A program made the position numbers and the translations under genes. The notes below the pieces were generated by a model. The model had not been told where the DNA came from. It saw nothing but the letters and a program-made list of their open reading frames with translations, and searched no databases. From assembly GCA_046485135.1 (NCBI GenBank), contig JAWOHN010000140.1, forward strand, positions 1,478 through 65,477: a stretch of DNA of 64,000 bases. The letters are read 5' to 3'. The DNA is from Anaerolineales bacterium. Lineage in GTDB: Bacteria; Chloroflexota; Anaerolineae; Anaerolineales; UBA4823. Within the stretch, counting starts at the first letter, position 1. Each line of letters starts with the position of its first letter. Shown here one piece after another: positions 58,107-64,000 of this stretch.

Positions 58107-60047
58107 ATGATCAATATTGTCCTCAACAGCTTCTTAATCCTAAACCAACTCCTGACAGCGGGAATTGCAATAACTGCATTTTCCTTGCTGATCTACGCCT
58201 TTACATTTAATCTTCGGGATCGGGTTGCTCGATCTTTTGCGATCATCTTGATTTGCGTGGTAATTGTCTTCGTCGGAGACACCATTGCAACCATTGCAGC
58301 GACTCCCACCGAAATGGCTTTCTGGCTCAGACTCCAATGGGTTGGGATCATCTTTTTACCATCGGCCTACTTACAATTTTCTGATGCTCTTCTAGCCACA
58401 ACTGGGCGTCCTTCTCGTGGACGGCGCAGGTTCCTGGTGCGGATTACGTACCTGATCTCCCTGAGCTTCCTAGTTGCACTGGTGTATTCAGCCCTGGTTG
58501 GCCCTCTAGTGCAAAACATCGACCCAGCCCCTCATTTAGAACGTACAGCTCTGACATGGATCTTCACGGGCTATTATGGGGCGATTATGGTCCTGGCCTG
58601 GATCAACTTCTACCGCTCTCACCAGCGCACCGTCACCAGTTCCAGTCGCCGTAGAATGCAATATTTACTGGCTGGGTCTTTAGCGCCGGCCTTAGGCTCT
58701 TATCCATATCTCCTGTTTGGATCATCCCTGGCAATCCAACACCCGATCATCTTCTGGATACTTGCCACCGTCAGCAATATCCTGGTTTATTTCTTACTGG
58801 TGCTTATGGCTTACTCAGTAGCCTTCTTTGGTGTTCCCTGGCCTGATCGGGTAGTTAAAAGACGGCTGTTTAAGTGGCTGATGCGCGGACCCGTTACTGC
58901 CGTGCTGGTTTTAGCGCTTACCGTTATCGTGCGCGAAACAGGACAATTCTTTGGGTGGAACTACGCGCCTGTCGTCCCTATTGGAATGGTCGCAGGAATA
59001 TTGATTTTCCAACATTTGATTACCCTGGTTGCGCCTCTATGGGAACGCTGGCTTTTCCATGGCGGAGACCAAGAGAACATCTATCTGCTCCAAACTTTGG
59101 AAGAGCGCCTATTAACATCTGGAGACCTGCGCCAATTCTTAGAATCCGTCCTGGCTGCTATGTGCGACAGCTTACAGGTCACGCGTGCTTTTGCAGTGGT
59201 TCTCAACCCCAACGGCATAGAAATGATCGTTTCGATAGGAAGTGAAGACTTTTCTGAGGAAGAACTCCCTGAAGAGCTCTTGCAGGTGGTAAACCAAAAT
59301 GGCAGCGATCAAGGACTTTTCGCCTGGGGTAATTATTGGTTGGTGCCCTTGTTTGATGAGCAGCCGGATAAAAACCATCTTCTAGGCCTGATCGGAGTCT
59401 TGCGTTCTGAGAATCAAGTCTTAGACAAAGAGCGTAATGAGGCTCTCCTGCTCTTATCTGAGCGAGCTACGCTGGCCCTGGAGGACCGGCACAAACAACA
59501 GCAGGTCTTCTCTTCTTTGCAAACCCTTACACCGCAGATGGATATGGTGCAGCGTTTGAGAGCTGCAGCACGATATGATGGAAGCCCTCTACTCACTGTC
59601 CCTCAAGAAACCTTGGAATATAAGACCCTGTCTCGTTGGGTTAAAGACGCTTTGGGGCATTACTGGGGTGGTCCAAAGCTAACTCAAAGTCCCTTGCTTA
59701 ATCTCCATATCGTTCAGAAAGCCATGGAGGATCATGAGAGAAATCCAGCCAATGCCTTGAGGGATATACTCACCAAAGCCATCGAAAAAACTCGACCAGA
59801 TGGTGAACGCCGTTTTACCGGTGAATGGCTTCTCTATAACATTCTTGAGATGAAATTTATGGAAGGCCGAAAAGTCCGTGACATAGCCAGGCGCCTGGCT
59901 ATGTCAGAAGCAGATCTGTACCGGAAGCAGCGCGTGGCAATTGAAACTGTCGCTGCTGCAATTCTTGAAATGGAACAAACAGCCAGAGAGGAGGAAAATG
60001 AAAAATTTGTCGTTGAGTTAGACTACCAATCGGAAATCAGGACGTAA
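58107..60047 (+). CDS. Multi-TM sensor-like protein with GAF-like domain and C-terminal sigma-70-region-4-like HTH
   Basis: About 330 aa of TM helices (HisKA_7TM-like), a central GAF-like block (LRQFLESVL...WLVPLF...GLIGVL), and C-terminal KVRDIARRLAMSEADLYRKQRVAIETVAAAI. No kinase or ATPase motifs. Confidence 0.6.
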   Translation: MINIVLNSFLILNQLLTAGIAITAFSLLIYAFTFNLRDRVARSFAIILICVVIVFVGDTIATIAATPTEMAFWLRLQWVGIIFLPSAYLQFSDALLATTGRPSRGRRRFLVRITYLISLSFLVALVYSALVGPLVQNIDPAPHLERTALTWIFTGYYGAIMVLAWINFYRSHQRTVTSSSRRRMQYLLAGSLAPALGSYPYLLFGSSLAIQHPIIFWILATVSNILVYFLLVLMAYSVAFFGVPWPDRVVKRRLFKWLMRGPVTAVLVLALTVIVRETGQFFGWNYAPVVPIGMVAGILIFQHLITLVAPLWERWLFHGGDQENIYLLQTLEERLLTSGDLRQFLESVLAAMCDSLQVTRAFAVVLNPNGIEMIVSIGSEDFSEEELPEELLQVVNQNGSDQGLFAWGNYWLVPLFDEQPDKNHLLGLIGVLRSENQVLDKERNEALLLLSERATLALEDRHKQQQVFSSLQTLTPQMDMVQRLRAAARYDGSPLLTVPQETLEYKTLSRWVKDALGHYWGGPKLTQSPLLNLHIVQKAMEDHERNPANALRDILTKAIEKTRPDGERRFTGEWLLYNILEMKFMEGRKVRDIARRLAMSEADLYRKQRVAIETVAAAILEMEQTAREEENEKFVVELDYQSEIRT

Positions 60048-60062
60048 TCAGTGCAATAAGAG

Positions 60063-61061
60063 GTGGGCTTAAAGGTGAATAAATACAATCAAATGCATTA
60101 TGAGGAGGAGCCAATACCATTGGACGAATCATGGTGGACGGCGGTATTGGCAGAAGAGGAAGAACAAGGCAACAGCTTTTCAACCCGAATTCAACCTGTA
60201 ACAGAAAATAAACCCTTGCCAAATCATTCCCCATCCCGACCAGCGCATGTAGATTGGGAGCGAGCACACAACATCTACACCAACGATGAAACTGTTAACC
60301 TGCAGGTCTTTGGATACAATCGGGGTGGCCTGCTCGTAGAAGGGGATGGGTTGCAAGGCTTTGTGCCTTTATCACACCTGATCGGTTTAGCCGGGGAGAA
60401 ATCTGATTTAGACCAGGGCGATCCCAGAATCGGTCATTTGTTATCCTCTTATGTTGGCCGGATCTTGAGGCTCAAGGTTATCGAGTGTGAGCCGGAACGG
60501 GGCAGGGTTGTTCTCTCAGAGCGGGCTGCGTTAGCAGAACCAGGTCGCCGCAACCAGTTGCTGGATGATTTAAAAACCGGCGATCATGTTTACGGCATTG
60601 TTACAAATATCACCGATTTCGGTGTGTTTGTCGATCTGGGCGGGGTGGAGGGATTGATCCATGTTTCGGAGCTTTCCTGGGGCAGAGTACGCCATCCTTC
60701 GGATGCTGCCAGTCTGGGAGAGAATGTTGAAGCCTATGTAATCCAGGTTGATAAAGACCGTTCTCGGGTTGCGCTCAGCTTAAAACGCCTGCGCCAAAAT
60801 CCGTGGGATACCGCTGAGGCCCGCTATCAGACTGACATGGTCATTGATGTAGTCATTACCAGTGTTGTTCCATTTGGAGCATTTGCTTGTTTGGAAGAAG
60901 GATTAGATGGCTTGATCCATATCTCTGAGATGAGTAAAAGCGGAGAGAAAATTAATCCTCGCGACATCATGACCGAAGGACAAAAACTGCAAGTGCGGGT
61001 TCTTCAGGTTGATGCATCCCGCCAGCGGCTGGGCTTAAGCCTGGATTTAGAGGAGACGTGA
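60063..61061 (+). CDS. S1 RNA-binding-domain protein (three S1 repeats)
   Basis: GYNRGGLLVEGDGLQGFVPLSHL, GIVTNITDFGVFVDLGGVEGLIHVSEL, VVPFGAFACLEEGLDGLIHISEM. Start uncertain (GTG 60063/60075 or ATG 60093). Confidence 0.8.
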   Translation: MGLKVNKYNQMHYEEEPIPLDESWWTAVLAEEEEQGNSFSTRIQPVTENKPLPNHSPSRPAHVDWERAHNIYTNDETVNLQVFGYNRGGLLVEGDGLQGFVPLSHLIGLAGEKSDLDQGDPRIGHLLSSYVGRILRLKVIECEPERGRVVLSERAALAEPGRRNQLLDDLKTGDHVYGIVTNITDFGVFVDLGGVEGLIHVSELSWGRVRHPSDAASLGENVEAYVIQVDKDRSRVALSLKRLRQNPWDTAEARYQTDMVIDVVITSVVPFGAFACLEEGLDGLIHISEMSKSGEKINPRDIMTEGQKLQVRVLQVDASRQRLGLSLDLEET

Positions 61062-61146
61062 TAAGCGGCGTCTTAATACGCACCTGACCAGGTGCAGATT
61101 GAGAAGATCACATTCATAATGTAAAGCAATCCTGGTGGATCATGCC

Positions 61147-61704
61147 ATGAAAGCTCGTTGGGCAGTCCCATTTGGAGTCCTTTGTGGTTTTCTAGCAGCA
61201 GGGCTATTGTTCTTAGCCGGCAGCCCTCCGCGTGGGGAACCAATCCAGCTTCTTCCGCCTCCTACGCCGCTGCCGCTTCAGGTTTATGTTGTTGGTGCAG
61301 TTGTTCAACCGGGTCTTCAAGCCCTTCCACCCGGCAGCCGGGTCCAGGATGCCATAATATCAGCCGGCGGATTGCTCCCAGAAGCAAATACAACAGTGTT
61401 AAACCTGGCTGCCTATGTGGCAGACGGAGAACGGATCTATGTCCCCCTATCTAATCTGACAGAAGAAAGAGCCTTATCAATCGAGCCATTCCAAACAACA
61501 GAATATGGCCTGATAAATATTAACCACGCCTCTCAGGTGGAATTGGAAAGTTTGCCTGGAATAGGTCCAGTGACCGCGCAAAATATTATCGCCTACCGGA
61601 ACATAAATGGCGGATTTGCCTCAATTGAGGCGATCATGGATGTCCCGGGAATTGGTCCGAAAACTTTCGAGGAGATCCAGAATTTAATTTGTGTTGAAGA
61701 TTGA
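61147..61704 (+). CDS. comEA: ComEA-family DNA-binding protein (SLBB plus helix-hairpin-helix)
   Basis: Start reset to ATG (MKARWAVPFG); INHASQVELESLPGIGPVTAQNIIAYR...DVPGIGPKTFEEI. Confidence 0.85.
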   Translation: MKARWAVPFGVLCGFLAAGLLFLAGSPPRGEPIQLLPPPTPLPLQVYVVGAVVQPGLQALPPGSRVQDAIISAGGLLPEANTTVLNLAAYVADGERIYVPLSNLTEERALSIEPFQTTEYGLININHASQVELESLPGIGPVTAQNIIAYRNINGGFASIEAIMDVPGIGPKTFEEIQNLICVED

Positions 61705-61753
61705 ATCGTCTTCACCCAGCAATTAGATCTATCCACGATAGATCAAGGTATGC

Positions 61754-62308
61754 TTATAGCTTGGGCAGAACAATCGATTGTTGGTACTGGTATTTACCTT
61801 TTTTATCCGCGTAAGATATTTCGCATTCCTCGTCGGCTTCAAAGAATAGAACCTGGGCAATCCCCTCATTGGAATATATTTTGGCTGGCAATGGGGTAGT
61901 GTTTGAAATTTCTAAAGTAACAAACCCTTCCCATTCCGGCTCAAAGGGCGTTACGTTCACAATGATCCCACAACGCGCATAGGTGCTTTTTCCCAGACAA
62001 ATTGTCAACACTTTCCTAGGAATGCGGAAATACTCGATCGTTCTTGCCAGTGCAAACGAGTTCGGGGGAATAATACACAGGTCGCCTTTATAATCAACCA
62101 TCGAGCGCGGGTCAAAATTTTTCGGGTCAACCACTGCAGAATAAACATTGGTGAAGATCTTAAACTCATCGAACACCCGGATATCATATCCATAGGAGGA
62201 AACACCATAAGAAATGACGCCATTGCGAACCTGGCTTTCTGCAAAGGGCTCAATCATGCGGTGCTCGCGAACCATCTTCCGAATCCAATGATCAGGTTTC
62301 AATCCCAT
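61754..62308 (-). CDS. dcd: dCTP deaminase
   Basis: Near-canonical sequence SSYGYDIRV...[21 protein letters not shown]...[23 protein letters not shown]; 184 aa; GAGGAG SD. Confidence 0.93.
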   Translation of the reverse strand: MGLKPDHWIRKMVREHRMIEPFAESQVRNGVISYGVSSYGYDIRVFDEFKIFTNVYSAVVDPKNFDPRSMVDYKGDLCIIPPNSFALARTIEYFRIPRKVLTICLGKSTYARCGIIVNVTPFEPEWEGFVTLEISNTTPLPAKIYSNEGIAQVLFFEADEECEISYADKKGKYQYQQSIVLPKL

Positions 62309-62440
62309 TATCTACTCCTCGCTTATAAGTATAGTAGGCACGCAGTTCAGCCAGCGATTGTTGGAAATTTGTGCGTACCAATTCCCGAAACATCTTCTGC
62401 GAAGTGCGTAAGTCGAAAGTTAATTAATCCGTGATCGTGT

Positions 62441-64000
62441 TTACCAGCCGCTGGCAGCGAAAATGATCTGCAAGAACTGCTCTCTCTCTTCTGCTGTCAT
62501 TGGCCGCGGACGGGCCCAATCCACAAATTTAATCGGAACCAGTTCTGTAGCGATATAACGACCGTCATAAAACACATGCCGGTCGATAAAAGCATCGTCA
62601 CAGGCTCGATCTGGGCAATAACCAAACTGATCGAAAAACAGGTTACCCAGTCCATAATGTAAAAATGAATCCCCGGTTATTTCCATCCCATGCGGTTGGT
62701 GGGCCTGGCTACCGCTGACAATAACTGCTCCGGCTTCTGCCATACCTCGAAAATCCACCTGCATATTGGGCTGAGGCAGGTAAGTATAATATTCAAAATG
62801 CTGGAAAGTTGCAATCGGTAAGTACCCTTCTGCGCGCAGATGAGAAATCTCTGCATGCATGCTCTCAAAATCGCAAGAGACCGCTCCAGGGTTGTCAGCT
62901 CGTGCTGTTGCATACCACCCCCCCTTCCCATTGCAACCGATAAAGGCCAGGCGGTTCCCGTTATGCTCTAAAATGACCGGACGACTTCCCTCATCCCAAT
63001 CGATGCCACCACCATAGTAAGGCAACCCATGTTCCCGGTAGAGGTCGAGCGTATATAGCATCGCCTCTGAGCCCCAATCCGCGAAATGATCGCCGGTCAA
63101 TTCGATAATATCCGTACCAATATCAATCAGTAGCTCCATATACTTCGGATCGCTGCAAAAAACCAAGCCTTCCTGGAAACAGCTTGGGAAGGGACAGCCT
63201 TGTACAAATGGTATTTCATTGCTGATATGGGTGATATCGGCATCCCGCAACAATTCGCGCACATCCTGACCTGGATAAGTAATTCCGCGTTGCTCCATGT
63301 AGAAGGCCGTGCAACGAACCAAGGCTGTCACACCGGTCATTGCCAGGGTTGTCATTTTACCCTCAACACGGTTACTTTTGGGAATGTCTGGAGACAAGTT
63401 TAATATTTCAGTGGTAAGGGTTGTGCCCGCTTCGAAAACTGAATTTATTGAAAATGAGACCACCAGTGGGTAAGAGTCCGGGTCAAATCCTTTGCGGATG
63501 GGAGAAGCGCCGTCAACTTCGAGGACTTTCCAGCGCGGTTCTATGTCTTCAAACGGGATGATCCCCCAAGACGGACGGCTATCCCAGGCGTACGCGACCA
63601 GGTCGTCAGCAGGGAGAAATTTTACTGCATTTGCGGCGCTCGGCCCCCAAGCAGCTTCAAAGACCGCGTACGTCTGAGGGTCCATCAGGAGCGGAGCGTC
63701 CGGGAAACTGCTCGATGATGCTCCTTGCCAAACTCCTCTAAGCTCACTGAAAGAAACCCCTTCAGGGATGGTCGGAAAAGGAGCAACCAGGGCATATATC
63801 CAGCGACTAACAGGGTTTTGCTGCCCCACTTCGAAATATAAGAGCGCCTCATTGCGATCAGAGGAAAACTGGTAACCGGCGGGTAATACCAGCGCCTGCT
63901 GGATTGCTTCTGGGAGATAGTTCGCCAGATATATTCCAGGCGTCCTAAGCGGAACTTCCGGTTGGACCAGTACTGGAGCGGCTTGGGTTTCGAGTACCGG
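62441..64000 (-). CDS. CapA/PGA_cap-family metallophosphatase-like protein (5' end beyond the right edge)
   Basis: SGSQAHQPHGMEITGDSFLHYGLGNLFFDQ motif. The frame stays open from the track GTG (63829) to base 64000 (own translation ...PVLVQPEVPLRTPGIYLANY...), so the gene is partial here. Confidence 0.7.
   Translation of the reverse strand, partial: PVLETQAAPVLVQPEVPLRTPGIYLANYLPEAIQQALVLPAGYQFSSDRNEALLYFEVGQQNPVSRWIYALVAPFPTIPEGVSFSELRGVWQGASSSSFPDAPLLMDPQTYAVFEAAWGPSAANAVKFLPADDLVAYAWDSRPSWGIIPFEDIEPRWKVLEVDGASPIRKGFDPDSYPLVVSFSINSVFEAGTTLTTEILNLSPDIPKSNRVEGKMTTLAMTGVTALVRCTAFYMEQRGITYPGQDVRELLRDADITHISNEIPFVQGCPFPSCFQEGLVFCSDPKYMELLIDIGTDIIELTGDHFADWGSEAMLYTLDLYREHGLPYYGGGIDWDEGSRPVILEHNGNRLAFIGCNGKGGWYATARADNPGAVSCDFESMHAEISHLRAEGYLPIATFQHFEYYTYLPQPNMQVDFRGMAEAGAVIVSGSQAHQPHGMEITGDSFLHYGLGNLFFDQFGYCPDRACDDAFIDRHVFYDGRYIATELVPIKFVDWARPRPMTAEEREQFLQIIFAASGW

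Noticed and set aside
61726-61744. ATCTATCC/GATAGAT motif shared with the 8869-8904 repeat
   Set aside because: An 8-mer is expected about twice by chance in 64 kb on both strands. The small hairpin between comEA and dcd is adequately explained as a weak terminator.
61754-62308. dCTP deaminase as an anti-phage nucleotide-depletion gene
   Set aside because: It is a 184-aa near-canonical housekeeping Dcd with no kinase or extra domain and no defence-gene neighbours.
62292-62393. 33-aa ORF ([33 protein letters not shown]) upstream of and overlapping the dcd start
   Set aside because: It has no convincing SD, overlaps the dcd SD and start, and is too short to evaluate.
1-64000. CRISPR arrays, tRNA/rRNA genes, transposases, large structured ncRNAs
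   Set aside because: No regularly spaced repeats, no tRNA-like T-arm/acceptor patterns in the intergenic gaps, and no non-coding gap longer than about 550 nt. The longest gap is explained by the T-box leader and its promoter.

Overview
Dense chromosomal segment with about 60 protein genes on both strands and moderate GC. I found no rRNA, tRNA, CRISPR array, transposase or phage genes. Gene content, P/T-rich lipoprotein linkers and a terminator-type ileS T-box suggest a Chloroflexota/Anaerolineae-like organism, but that is a low-confidence inference.

Most of the window is housekeeping:
- rpoB 5' end, era, purA, suhB, hutI, an aspartase/fumarase-family lyase, ppgK, acs, ileS, lspA, rluD, ltaE, a PNP, dcd, comEA and a CapA-like gene open at the right edge.
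- An Mn/Zn-type ABC importer with a DtxR-family regulator.
- A BMP-type nucleoside ABC importer joined to a fused xanthine-dehydrogenase-family enzyme.
- Two ECF sigma/anti-sigma modules.

The least explained region is 43.7-52.0 kb, a tightly coupled same-strand cluster containing:
- an oversized CDP-alcohol phosphatidyltransferase, a flippase-like UPF0104 protein and a small 4-TM protein;
- GTP cyclohydrolase II and a deaminase-less RibD-type reductase;
- an MDR dehydrogenase without the usual Zn ligands and a cysteine-free PTPS/QueD-fold protein;
- a GT4 glycosyltransferase and two methyltransferases.

I cannot map this set onto a named pathway.

Other points worth a second look:
- a Xer-like protein with no possible tyrosine nucleophile, behind a palindromic promoter;
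- a hydrolase-like protein carrying a CysRS C-terminal tail motif;
- a candidate type II R-M pair with a permuted amino-methyltransferase;
- a multi-TM/GAF/HTH one-component protein;
- a metal ABC permease fused to a DtxR-type winged helix.

All homology calls are by-eye motif recognition; no searches were run. Many ORF-track starts are alternative-start maxima, and I re-set them where an SD, gene overlap or homology argued for it.
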